64,000 bases of DNA from a bacterium (lineage in GTDB: Bacteria; UBA8248; JACPRG01; G963555815), in the NCBI GenBank assembly GCA_965261595.1, contig CBDHDG010000006.1, forward strand, positions 352,001-416,000, written 5' to 3'. The position numbers were made by a program, and so were the translations under genes. A model generated the notes under the pieces. The model worked only from the letters and a program-made list of their open reading frames with translations, was not told the origin of the DNA and did no database searches. Shown here piece by piece: positions 49,175-58,976 of this stretch (positions are counted from its first letter, which is position 1; each line of letters opens with the position of its first letter).

Positions 49175-49768
49175 ATGACCGGATTTTCCGGATACGAGCT
49201 CGGCCCCATCGTCATTTTTCTGCCCTTGCTCTGGGCGGTCCTGGCCGTCCTGGTCGTCCTGTGGTTCACGCTGCCCTTCGCGGTGTTCGGCATCAAGCGG
49301 CGCCTGGACCGGATGATCGACCTCTTGGAAGCCCAGGGGGAGAGAGCGAGGGGAGCCGAACACCCGACCCGTGCGGAGGCCCCTTCCGGGGCGGCGGCCC
49401 GAATCTTCGAGGAGATCCGGCGCGAGCTGATTCAGGCCCGAGCCGATATCTCCGAAGAGGGCCGGGTCCCGGGACGGGCGTCCTTCGTTTTGACGTCCGG
49501 CGCCCGCCGGATCGAGTGGGCCGAGCTTAGCCTTCGGGGAGACAGGGTGGAGCTCGTGTTGGACCTGGAGGGCCTGGCGCCCGCCTTGCGCGGGGACGAC
49601 ACCTTGGCCCGGATTCAGGCCGCCTTGGCCCGCGAACCCGGCATCCGGCTGCTCACGGGACAGAAAAGACATCAGGCCACGGTCCAAATCGAACCGGAAG
49701 GGGAAGCCCGCGTCCGCGAATTGACGGCGCTGCTCAAGACGCGAATCCTGGACGTTCTCCCCTCCTAA
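49175..49768 (+). CDS. Hypothetical membrane-anchored protein
   Basis: N-terminal hydrophobic segment; host-like codon usage. Confidence 0.6.
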   Translation: MTGFSGYELGPIVIFLPLLWAVLAVLVVLWFTLPFAVFGIKRRLDRMIDLLEAQGERARGAEHPTRAEAPSGAAARIFEEIRRELIQARADISEEGRVPGRASFVLTSGARRIEWAELSLRGDRVELVLDLEGLAPALRGDDTLARIQAALAREPGIRLLTGQKRHQATVQIEPEGEARVRELTALLKTRILDVLPS

Positions 49769-49887
49769 CCTGGATTTCTCACTATTACAAAGGGTCAAGC
49801 CACCTATGGTCGGGGAAACTCATTTCCGGTCAACGCCTTGCCTGAGAGGAGGATTTCAACCGGGTATGTCTCCCTGGGCGTTTGCTG

Positions 49888-49967
49888 GGGCGGGTACAGA
49901 GCCCCGCCCCTACACTGGAGCGAACGTGCGCACTTTCCGATGTAGGGGCCGGGCTCCGTACCGGCCC
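49888..49967. repeat. Inverted pair of GTAG-type REP-like palindromes
   Basis: 49888-49914 is the reverse complement of TGTAGGGGCGGGGCTCTGTACCCGCCC; 49941-49967 is TGTAGGGGCCGGGCTCCGTACCGGCCC. Confidence 0.7.
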
Positions 49968-50100
49968 TCCCCGTTAGCCGGCGCGTGAGTCATGAGCGTG
50001 TGGTGCGGCCCCATCGCAGTCTTTGTGAGAAACCCAGGCTAAGCCCTTCACGCCCGGCAGGCTGGAGACCTCCTCGAACGGGGTCTCCGGAATACAGCGA

Positions 50101-51567
50101 ATGAGTGAATCGATCCCCTACGCCCCCATGCACGCGCTTTCCGAGGGACTGCAACGGGGCGAATACTCCTCCGAAGAGATCACGCAGACCTTCCTGGACC
50201 GGATCGCCGAGATCGGCCCCCGGGTCAACGCCTACATCTCGGTCCAGGAAGAAGCGGCCCTGGCCATGGCGCGCGCGGCGGACGAGAGATGCCGGAAGGC
50301 GGAGAACGTCTCCCCCCTGACCGGAGTCCCCATCGCTCTCAAGGACCTGCTCTGCACCCGCGGCGTTCAAACGACCTGCGGCTCCAAGATCCTCCGCGAC
50401 TACATCGCGCCTTACGACGCCACCGCCGTCGCCCGGCTCCGGGAGGCGGGCGCCGTCTTCCTGGGCAAGACGAACATGGACGAATTCGCCATGGGGTCCT
50501 CCAATGAGACCTCGGCGTACGGCGTCGTCAAGAACCCCTGGGACCCGGATCGCATCCCGGGCGGCTCAAGCGGCGGGAGCGCCGCGGCGGTCGGGGGCGG
50601 GCTCTGCGCCGCCGCCCTGGGGTCGGACACCGGAGGCTCCATCCGCCAGCCGGCGTCCTGCTGCGGCATCGTCGGCCTGAAGCCGACCTACGGCCGGGTC
50701 TCGCGGTTCGGCCTCGTGGCCTTCGCCTCCTCGCTGGACCAGATCGGCCCAATGACGCGGGACGTGCGCGACGCCGCCCTCCTGCTCAACGTCCTGAGCG
50801 GCAAGGACCCGCTGGACTCGACCTCGGCCGACGTGCCGGTCCCGGATTTCACGGCGGCCCTCACGGGGGACGTGAAAGGGCTCAAAATCGGCCTGCCCCG
50901 TGAATACAACATTGAAGGGATCGAGCCCGACGTGGAGGCCCGCGTCCGGGAGGCCGTCGAGGTCCTCCGGGGAATGGGCGCGGAGGTCAAGGACATCTCG
51001 CTCCCCAACAGCCGATACGGCGTCGCCACGTACTACATCGTCGCCCCGGCCGAGGCATCGAGCAATCTGGCGCGCTACGACGGGGTGAGATACGGCCACC
51101 GCTCCGAGCGGACCGGCGACCTCATCGAGATGTACAAGGAGACGCGGGCGGAGGGATTCGGCGCCGAAGTGAAGCGGCGAATCATGCTCGGGACATACGT
51201 GCTGAGCTCGGGTTACTACGACGACTATTACCTGAAGGCCCTCAAGGTGCGGGCGCTGATCCGCGAGGACTTCGAGCGGGCCTTCGAGGAGGTGGACATC
51301 GTGCTGACGGCCACGGCCCCGACGCCCGCCTTCAAGATCGGCGAGCGCATGGACGACCCCCTGACCATGTATCTTTCCGATGTCTTCACCATCCCCTGCA
51401 ACATGGCGGGGATACCGGGGATCAGCATCCCGTGCGGGTTTACCGCGGAGGGCCTCCCGGTCGGGCTTCAGCTTCTGGGCCGCAACTTCGACGAGGAAAC
51501 CCTGCTCCGGGCAGCGGACGCTTATCAGCGAGAAACCGATTTCCACCGGACACAGCCGGATTTGTAG
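50101..51567 (+). CDS. gatA: Asp/Glu-tRNA amidotransferase subunit A
   Basis: [52 protein letters not shown]. Confidence 0.98.
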   Translation: MSESIPYAPMHALSEGLQRGEYSSEEITQTFLDRIAEIGPRVNAYISVQEEAALAMARAADERCRKAENVSPLTGVPIALKDLLCTRGVQTTCGSKILRDYIAPYDATAVARLREAGAVFLGKTNMDEFAMGSSNETSAYGVVKNPWDPDRIPGGSSGGSAAAVGGGLCAAALGSDTGGSIRQPASCCGIVGLKPTYGRVSRFGLVAFASSLDQIGPMTRDVRDAALLLNVLSGKDPLDSTSADVPVPDFTAALTGDVKGLKIGLPREYNIEGIEPDVEARVREAVEVLRGMGAEVKDISLPNSRYGVATYYIVAPAEASSNLARYDGVRYGHRSERTGDLIEMYKETRAEGFGAEVKRRIMLGTYVLSSGYYDDYYLKALKVRALIREDFERAFEEVDIVLTATAPTPAFKIGERMDDPLTMYLSDVFTIPCNMAGIPGISIPCGFTAEGLPVGLQLLGRNFDEETLLRAADAYQRETDFHRTQPDL

Positions 51568-51579
51568 AGGGAAACGGGG

Positions 51580-53019
51580 ATGGAGTACGAAACCGTCATC
51601 GGGCTGGAGGTTCACGCCCAGCTCAAGACCCGCTCGAAGATCTTCTGCGGGTGCAGCACGGCGTTCGGGGCCGAGCCCAACGCGCACACCTGCCCCATTT
51701 GCCTGGGGATGCCGGGCGTCCTGCCGGTGATGAACAAGCGGGCCATCGAGTTCCTCCTCCGCATGGCCATCGCCGCCGGAAGCGAAATCGCGCCCATCAG
51801 CCGATTCGCCCGGAAGAACTACTTCTACCCCGACCTGCCCAAGGCCTATCAGATCTCCCAGTACGAGCTTCCCCTGGCGACGGGCGGACACATCGACATC
51901 GACGTGGACGGGACCACGAAGCGCATCCGCCTCGTCCGCATCCACATCGAAGAGGACGCGGGCAAGCTCATTCACGGCGAGAACATGGACGACCCCCGGG
52001 CGAGCTACGTCGATCTCAACCGGGCGGGCACGCCGCTGCTGGAGATCGTCGGCGAACCCGATCTGCGAAGTCCCGCCGAGGCCAGGGCGTACGTCCAGAA
52101 GCTCCGCACCCTGGTCCAGTACCTGGACATCTGCGACGGCAACATGGAGGAGGGCAGTCTGCGGTGCGACGCCAACCTCTCCGTCCGCCCGGCGGGAAGC
52201 GAGGCGCTGGGGACCAAGACCGAGCTGAAGAACATCAACTCTTTCCGCTTCCTCCAGCGGGCGCTGGAATGCGAGCGCGACCGTCAGATCCGCATTCTCG
52301 AAAAGGGGGGGGAGGTCGTCCAGGAGACCCGTCTGTGGGACCAGGCCCAGGGCGTCACCCAACCCATGCGGACGAAGGAAGCCGCCCATGATTACCGCTA
52401 CTTCCCCGACCCCGACCTGGTCCCGCTGGCCGTCGGCCGCGAGTGGCTGGACGCGCTTCGCGCGGACCTGCCCGAGCTCCCCGACGCCAAGCGGGCGCGA
52501 TTCATCGAGCGGTACGGGATTCCGGCCTACGACGCGGGCATCCTCACCACAAGCCGCGGCCTCGCCGACTACTACGAGCGGGCGGTCGAGGCGCTCGACG
52601 CTTCCAAGGCCCTGAGCAACTGGGTCATGGGCGACCTCCTCGGCGCGCTGAACGACGCCAAGAAGGACATCGCCGACTCCCCCGTCCCGCCGGAGGGTCT
52701 CGCCGGGCTGGTGAAATTGATCGAAGACGGCACGATCAGCGGCAAGATCGCCAAGACGGTGTTCGAGGAGATGTTCAGCACCGGAAAAGAAGCGGCGGCC
52801 ATCGTGGAGGCCCGGGGTCTGACACAGATCTCCGACGAAGGGGCGCTCGAAACCGCGGCCGACGAGGTCATCGCGGCGCACCCGGATGAAGTCGAGCAAT
52901 ACCGGTCGGGCAAAACGAAGCTTTTGGGCTTCTTCATGGGCCGGGTGATGAAATCGACCGGCGGGAAGGCCAACCCGCAAACCATTCAGGAAATTCTGAA
53001 GCGCAAGCTTTCCGTGTAA
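51580..53019 (+). CDS. gatB: Asp/Glu-tRNA amidotransferase subunit B
   Basis: [38 protein letters not shown]. Confidence 0.98.
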   Translation: MEYETVIGLEVHAQLKTRSKIFCGCSTAFGAEPNAHTCPICLGMPGVLPVMNKRAIEFLLRMAIAAGSEIAPISRFARKNYFYPDLPKAYQISQYELPLATGGHIDIDVDGTTKRIRLVRIHIEEDAGKLIHGENMDDPRASYVDLNRAGTPLLEIVGEPDLRSPAEARAYVQKLRTLVQYLDICDGNMEEGSLRCDANLSVRPAGSEALGTKTELKNINSFRFLQRALECERDRQIRILEKGGEVVQETRLWDQAQGVTQPMRTKEAAHDYRYFPDPDLVPLAVGREWLDALRADLPELPDAKRARFIERYGIPAYDAGILTTSRGLADYYERAVEALDASKALSNWVMGDLLGALNDAKKDIADSPVPPEGLAGLVKLIEDGTISGKIAKTVFEEMFSTGKEAAAIVEARGLTQISDEGALETAADEVIAAHPDEVEQYRSGKTKLLGFFMGRVMKSTGGKANPQTIQEILKRKLSV

Positions 53020-53060
53020 CCGCCCCGGGCGGAGCCCACGACAATTCAAGGAGAGATTCG

Positions 53061-54059
53061 ATGCCCAATCCCGTGAAAGTCGCGAGCGTCGGAATCGGCT
53101 GGTGGTCAGGCATGCTGGCGGATGCCGTCGGAAAAACCGACACCCTGGAGATCGTCACCTGCTTCACGCGCAACCCGGAGAAACGCGCGGGGTTCGCCGG
53201 GAAGTACGGCTGCCGCGAGTCCGAGAGCTACGAGGCCGTCCTGTCCGACCCCGAGGTCGAGGCCGTCCTCCTCACCACCCCCCACACGGCCCACCGGGCG
53301 CAAATCGAAGCGGCGGCCGGGGCGGGGAAGCACGTCTTCGTCGAGAAACCCATCGCCCACACGGTGGACGAAGCCAAGACCGCCGCGGCCGCTTGCGGGA
53401 AGGCCGGCGTGATCCTTTCCGTGGGGCACAGCCGGCGACACCAGACGGCGGCCCGGAAGATCAAATCCCTCATCGATGACGGGACCCTCGGCCAGGTCAT
53501 CACGGCGGAGGCGAACCTCTCCTACGGAATGGCCCAGACGCTGGACGACAGCAAGTGGAGATCGAGCCGGACGGAGAGTCCCGGCGGCCCCCTGACCAGC
53601 CTGGGCATTCATCACCTGGACACCCTGGCCTATCTCCTGGGGCCCATCGCGCGGATCGCGGCCTTCTCGAAGCGCCTGATCGCCCCGGTCGATATCGACG
53701 ACGCCGTGACGGCCATCCTGGAATTCGAGTCGGGCGCGCTGGGGTACGTGGGCTCGAACTTCGCCACGCCCCGGGTCTTTTACCTGAACGTCTACGGGAC
53801 GGAGGCCAACGTCTTCCTGGAAGCGGAGGGGGCGAAGCTTTTCCTCCAGAAGAAGGGGAGCGAGGAGCACGAGCCGGTGGACCTGGGAGAGATCGTGGAC
53901 ATCCTCCTGGAGGAGATGGAGGAGTTCGGCCGCTGCGTCCGGGACGGAAGCCGGCCCGAGGTGGGCGGGGACGAAGCCGTCCGGGCCATCGCCGCCGTTC
54001 AGGCCATCGTCCAATCCTCGGAGGAAGGAAGAGCGATCGCCCTGTCGGAGCTTCTCTGA
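53061..54059 (+). CDS. Gfo/Idh/MocA-family oxidoreductase
   Basis: GIGWW, GKHVFVEKP, GGPLTSLGIHHLD. Confidence 0.92.
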   Translation: MPNPVKVASVGIGWWSGMLADAVGKTDTLEIVTCFTRNPEKRAGFAGKYGCRESESYEAVLSDPEVEAVLLTTPHTAHRAQIEAAAGAGKHVFVEKPIAHTVDEAKTAAAACGKAGVILSVGHSRRHQTAARKIKSLIDDGTLGQVITAEANLSYGMAQTLDDSKWRSSRTESPGGPLTSLGIHHLDTLAYLLGPIARIAAFSKRLIAPVDIDDAVTAILEFESGALGYVGSNFATPRVFYLNVYGTEANVFLEAEGAKLFLQKKGSEEHEPVDLGEIVDILLEEMEEFGRCVRDGSRPEVGGDEAVRAIAAVQAIVQSSEEGRAIALSELL

Positions 54060-54244
54060 GCCGGGGGCTTCGTCACAGAGCCAAAGCGAATGCCGCTTTC
54101 CCCCGAGGCCGAGGGGGGGAAGGAGGAGGGGATTCACATCCGCCGATTGGCATGGGTGTTGTCGTGAGAAAATCTCTTTTCTGTCTCCATCCTGACATCT
54201 GAAATCGGATTGCATTTTCGAGCACCCCGAGGGAGCTCCGTGTC

Positions 54245-55513
54245 CTGATCAAAACGCGTTTCTACTACGGCTGGGTGGTCGTGGGGGTCTGCCTTCTTAC
54301 GCTCACCTTCGGCTTCGGCCTGCGGTACAGCTTCAGCGTGTTCTACGTCACCCTGTTCGAGGACTTCGGATGGGGGCGCGCGGAAACGGCGGGGATCTAT
54401 TCCATCCACCGGCTGGTCTACGCCGCGCTGGCACCCGTCGCCGGCATCCTCGTGGACCGGTGGGGGCCGAGACGTCTCATGCCCGCCGCCCTGGCCCTCG
54501 TGGCCGCCGGGTTCGCCTGCGCCGCCTTCATCACGAGCCTCTGGCACCTCTACGTGCTGTTCGGCGTCGTCCTGGCCGCCGGCATCGTCATGATCGAGTA
54601 CGTTCCCAACGCCGCCATTGTCTCCCGGTGGGTCGAGGGGGGCCGGGGGCTGGCCTCGGCCATCGCCTTCACGGGCATGGGGACCGGAGCCCTGGTCATC
54701 GTGCCGCTCTCTCAATTCCTCATCACGGCGCTTGGCTGGCGCGGGGCGTTCGTCGTCCTGGGCGTGGGGACCTTCCTGCTCCTGACGCCCATCATTCTTC
54801 TCTTCCAACGCGGGCGGCCCGAGGAAATGGGGTATGAGGGCCCCCAGCCGCTGATGGGCGGGAAGGAGATCATTCTCGAGGTCGTCAATCCGTCCTGGGC
54901 GGCCTTTCCCTGGACGGTGCGCACGGCCATCAAGACCCGCGTGTTCTGGTTCCTGACAATCTCCTTCTTTCTCCAGTCGGTTTCGGGAGAGTTGATGATT
55001 GTCCACCAGATCGCCCACGTCGTGGACCTGAGGTATTCGAAGACCCTGGCCGCCTCGACCTTCGGCTTGGTTTATCTGATCGCGATTGCGGGCATGTTCT
55101 TCTGGGGATCGGCGTCCGACCGCTGGGGCCGGGAGCGGATGTTCCTTTTCGGCACGATTTTCATGTTGGCGGGCCTCGGGCTGTTCATGAAATTGGGGCC
55201 CGGCGCCGTCTGGCCGCTCTACGGGTTCGTCGTCCTGTACGGCTTCGGATTCGGATCGAGGGCCCCGCTCTACTCGGCCGTGGCGGCCGACCTCTTTCAG
55301 GGCCGGAGCTTCGGGGCGATCCTGGGGGCGCTGACGGTGGGCTTCGGTCTGGGCGGGGCTGTCGGCCCCTGGCTCGGCGGCTGGATCTTCGACGTCTCCC
55401 GGAGCTACCAGGCGGCCTTTTGGGTCGTCGCGGCGACGGCGGCGGGAGCATGCCTGTTCGTCTGGCTGGCCGCCCCGAGGAAGGTCCGCCTCCCCCGGCG
55501 GACGGCCCATTAA
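54245..55513 (+). CDS. MFS transporter (start uncertain: CTG 54245 or GTG 54275)
   Basis: RFYYGWVVV, GILVDRWGPR, GSASDRWGRE; about 12 TM segments. Confidence 0.9.
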   Translation: MIKTRFYYGWVVVGVCLLTLTFGFGLRYSFSVFYVTLFEDFGWGRAETAGIYSIHRLVYAALAPVAGILVDRWGPRRLMPAALALVAAGFACAAFITSLWHLYVLFGVVLAAGIVMIEYVPNAAIVSRWVEGGRGLASAIAFTGMGTGALVIVPLSQFLITALGWRGAFVVLGVGTFLLLTPIILLFQRGRPEEMGYEGPQPLMGGKEIILEVVNPSWAAFPWTVRTAIKTRVFWFLTISFFLQSVSGELMIVHQIAHVVDLRYSKTLAASTFGLVYLIAIAGMFFWGSASDRWGRERMFLFGTIFMLAGLGLFMKLGPGAVWPLYGFVVLYGFGFGSRAPLYSAVAADLFQGRSFGAILGALTVGFGLGGAVGPWLGGWIFDVSRSYQAAFWVVAATAAGACLFVWLAAPRKVRLPRRTAH

Positions 55514-55577
55514 CCCGCCATCCGGTCAATCAACCGAGACCCACGCAAGGGGGGGGGAGGGGGGGGGAGAACGCTAC

Positions 55578-56614
55578 ATGTCGGACGCGGGCGGTGACAT
55601 CGACGGAGTCGGGGCCGGCGGCTCGGACTGGGCCGCCATGCCCCGCACGGGCGGCGACGGGCTGGAGGATCGGACGGCGATCGGCCTCATCGTGCTCGCC
55701 ACCGACCTGGCCATCGAGCCGGAGTTCTACGCCTTTCTGCCGGGGGACCGCGTGTCGATTCACACCAACCGCATTACCAAGCGGAGGGTGGTTTCGGTCG
55801 AAACGGCCCGTGAGATGGAGGCCGATCTGACGAAGACCGCGGCCCAAATCCTGCCCGGCGGCCCCCTCAAAGTCATCGCCTTCGGCTGCGCCTCCTGCAC
55901 CATGACGATCGGGGAGGCCAGGGTGGTCGCGCTCCTTCGTGAGACGCGGCCCGGGATCGCCGTGACCGACGCGATCACGGCGAGTCTGATAGGCCTGAAG
56001 CCCTTGGGGTGCGGCGAATCGCCATGCTCACGCCCTGGGCGGACGACGTCAACCGGTTTTCTGAATCCTATATCGCGGACCGGGGCTTCGAGGTCCCGGT
56101 CAAGGGCAGCTTCAAGCAGACGGACGATTATGAGATTCACCGGATATCGCCGGAGGCGGTGTATGACGCCGGCCTGGAGCTCGGCCGGGCCGACGTGGAT
56201 GGGCTCCTCATCTCCGGAACCGGGCTCAGGGTCTCTCCCGTCCTCGAATCGCTGGAAGACGCCCTCGGAAAACCGGTGATCACAAGCACGCAGGCCCTCG
56301 CCTGGCAAAGCCTGCGCCTTGCCGGGATTGACGATCCGGTTGCGGGTTACGGCAGGTTGCTGAGGACGCAGCGTTTGGCACCCGTTGACCCGGCGCTGGC
56401 CGACACCCGCCCGGACCATCCTCGTCACGCATCCCTTCCTCGCAAGGAGGAACTGACAGCCGCCGCAAGCGCAATGAATCCCGCAAGACCGAACGCGGCG
56501 CACAGTCGAAGCATCAAGGAGAGGGATGTCCACTCCGCCGGGGCATTCGAAACAGGGACCCGGGAGAGCAGAAACAGAACCCCCGAGAACGATAGCCGCC
56601 CGGCGAGGCTTTGA
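55578..56614 (+). pseudogene. Asp/Glu racemase superfamily (EutA/maleate isomerase-like), split by a 1-bp frameshift near 56000; may be an assembly error
   Basis: IGLIVLATDLAIE, AFGCAS in the first frame; LGVRRIAMLTPW, LLISGTGL, LGKPVITSTQAL, GYGRLL in the second frame. Confidence 0.75.
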
Positions 56615-57681
56615 ATCGAGAGGTAGGTCGCCCGGTGGGACTGGCCTATCTTGGGGGTGACGGCGGCATTGAGCGGGGCGGCCATCAACGCCCGGGGGAC
56701 GCCGCGCAGCAGAATCAAAAGTGTAACGGCCGGATGGAGGATGACCCCCATCATCCCGATGATGACAGTCTGGAGGAGGGCGCTCAACAGGAGCGCGGGG
56801 CCGAGACCCAGCCGGTCCCGAATGCGGACACTGCGGGACGCGAACCACGACCCGAGCAACATCGTCACGGCCATGTGGCCGCCCGCCGCCAAAGGCGCGC
56901 CCTTTGCCGGAAAATCCAATTCGGAGCCCAGGACTCCGAGATAGGGTTGATAAAACTCATACGGAACATGGTTGAGCACCGTCATCAGGACGGCGAAGCC
57001 GAAGAGCCACCGAAGACGAAGATTCTTGAGATAAGCCACACACTGCCTGAGTTGGAGAAAGAACCCGCCGGCAGGCGCGGCCTCCCGTTCGCGGGTCGTC
57101 GGCTCGACCGTTGCGACGATAATCCCGAAGGTCGCCAGTGCGGAAAGGAGTGAAAGCCCGTAGGCGTAACGAAGCTCGAACGTCGCGACCGCTCCGCCCA
57201 GAAACGCCGTCACGGCCCCCGCCACGAAAGCATTCCTGGTCGCCCGCGCCTCGCGCCCGGCAAACTCCGCCTCCTTCCCGAGGGCGGCGAGAGAGTCGAA
57301 GTGGAAGGATGTGTCCGTCCCTGAATTGAAGGAGACCCCGGCCGCGAGAAGCGCCTGGGCCACCGCGAAGATCGCAAACCCCGATCCGAAAAGAAAGAGG
57401 GCATAAGCCATCGCCAGCCCGGCCGAAGAGACCAGGAGTGTCGGCCGGCGGCCGAACCTATCGGAAAAGTGGCCGGACGGGACTTCCAGCAAAACGACGG
57501 CGGCATAGTAGATGGCTTCCAGAAGCAGCACCTTTTCCAAAGAAAAAAGGCTGGTGAAATAAAGAAAGAAGACCGGCATCCAGAAGAAGGCGTTGAAAGC
57601 GGCCACGTAGAAAGGATAGATACAAACATTGCGATTCAATCCGCGAATATCGGCCGGAAGATCAGATCGAGAATTCTTCAA
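56425..57681 (-). CDS. MFS transporter
   Basis: LEVPSGHFSDRFGRR, SGTDTS, RATYLS; multi-TM. Confidence 0.9.
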   Translation of the reverse strand: MKNSRSDLPADIRGLNRNVCIYPFYVAAFNAFFWMPVFFLYFTSLFSLEKVLLLEAIYYAAVVLLEVPSGHFSDRFGRRPTLLVSSAGLAMAYALFLFGSGFAIFAVAQALLAAGVSFNSGTDTSFHFDSLAALGKEAEFAGREARATRNAFVAGAVTAFLGGAVATFELRYAYGLSLLSALATFGIIVATVEPTTREREAAPAGGFFLQLRQCVAYLKNLRLRWLFGFAVLMTVLNHVPYEFYQPYLGVLGSELDFPAKGAPLAAGGHMAVTMLLGSWFASRSVRIRDRLGLGPALLLSALLQTVIIGMMGVILHPAVTLLILLRGVPRALMAAPLNAAVTPKIGQSHRATYLSIQSLAGRLSFSGVLFLLSRVPVSNAPAEWTSLSLMLRLCAAFGLAGFIALAAAVSSSLRGRDA

Positions 57682-57911
57682 TTTGAATGATCAATCCTTA
57701 TCGTTTCGGGCATCGGTTTCCATGGTTCCCGCCATTCTAAAGGCAACTGCCCACTCGATTTCAACGGCAAAGCCCTTGATCCCGCGGCCCCATTGTCAGA
57801 GGGGCATTCCCATCCAAGCGCGGCGGCGAGTCTTGCCAACGCGGACTGCCTGGTGATACGTTGAGAATCGGGTCGGTCCCCAACGGTTCCCCGATTCCTC
57901 CTTAAAGAATC

Positions 57912-58952
57912 ATGCCCTTGGAAACTTCCGACAGCTTCGGAGAATTCCTGAGCGGCGCGAAGCGCGCCCTCGTCATCGGCATCGGCGGGGGCGGCGACGT
58001 GGTGGGGACGCTTCCCACCGCCCGGCTCCTGGAGCTCTTCGGCGCGGAGACAATCATCGGGGGCGTGGCCTGGGAGCGGGTGGTCTTCGACCAGGCTCCG
58101 GGCGCCCGGAGCCTGGTCGAAGTCGAGGGGGTCCGTCCCATCCATGAGACCGTCTGGCAGGCGGGGCCGGAGGCCCGGACGAAAACCGGCGTTCTCTTCA
58201 CCGAGGGCCGCGTGGCCGAGATGCGGGGGCGGGACACCCTCCTCGTGACCATCCGCCGGGGACCGAAGACGCTGGCGGAGGGGATCGTCGAGGCCGCCCG
58301 CGCGCTCAAGGCCGACCGGGTGATCGGCGTGGACGTAGGCGGCGACGCCGTGGCCACGGGGGAGGAGCCGGGGCTGAGGAGTCCGCTTTGCGACGCCGTC
58401 CTGGTGGCCGCCCTCGCCGAGGCCGGCCGGGAGGTCCCGACGATGCTCGGGGTGCTCGGCTACGGGAGCGACGCCGAGCTGAGTCCGGAAGAGATCGACC
58501 GGAACGTCAGCGAGCTGGCGGCCCGCGGCGGATACCTGGGCACCTGGGGAATCACGGCCGACGTGGCCGACGAGATGGAGGCCCTGGCCCGGGAAGTCGG
58601 CACGGAGGCCAGCGCCCTGCCCGTCGAATGCTTCCGGGGCGCGCAGGGACGGAGGGCCATCCGGAGCGGAACGTGCTTCGTCCGCCTCAGCCCGGTCTGC
58701 GCCGTGACGCTCTACCTCGACCCCCGGGTCGTCGCCGGGCGGGAGACCTCGCTGGCGCACGCCGTCCGCGAGGCCGGCTCGCAGGAAGAGGCCAACGACG
58801 CCCTGCACACGAAAAAGGGTCTGCGAACCGAGCTCGATCTGGAAAGGGAGATGGCGGCGCGGGGGACGCGGGACTACCGGGACATCCGGCGGCCCGGGCA
58901 TGAGGGAGATGTCCCTCAAGGTGAATCAGGTGACGGCAAACATGATTTCTAA
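57912..58952 (+). CDS. DUF1152-family protein
   Basis: GIGGGGDV, GVDVGGDAVATGEEPGLRSPLCDA, GYGSDAEL, TEAS. Confidence 0.7.
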   Translation: MPLETSDSFGEFLSGAKRALVIGIGGGGDVVGTLPTARLLELFGAETIIGGVAWERVVFDQAPGARSLVEVEGVRPIHETVWQAGPEARTKTGVLFTEGRVAEMRGRDTLLVTIRRGPKTLAEGIVEAARALKADRVIGVDVGGDAVATGEEPGLRSPLCDAVLVAALAEAGREVPTMLGVLGYGSDAELSPEEIDRNVSELAARGGYLGTWGITADVADEMEALAREVGTEASALPVECFRGAQGRRAIRSGTCFVRLSPVCAVTLYLDPRVVAGRETSLAHAVREAGSQEEANDALHTKKGLRTELDLEREMAARGTRDYRDIRRPGHEGDVPQGESGDGKHDF

Positions 58953-58976
58953 GGTCTCCGAGGAATTCCCACGGCC

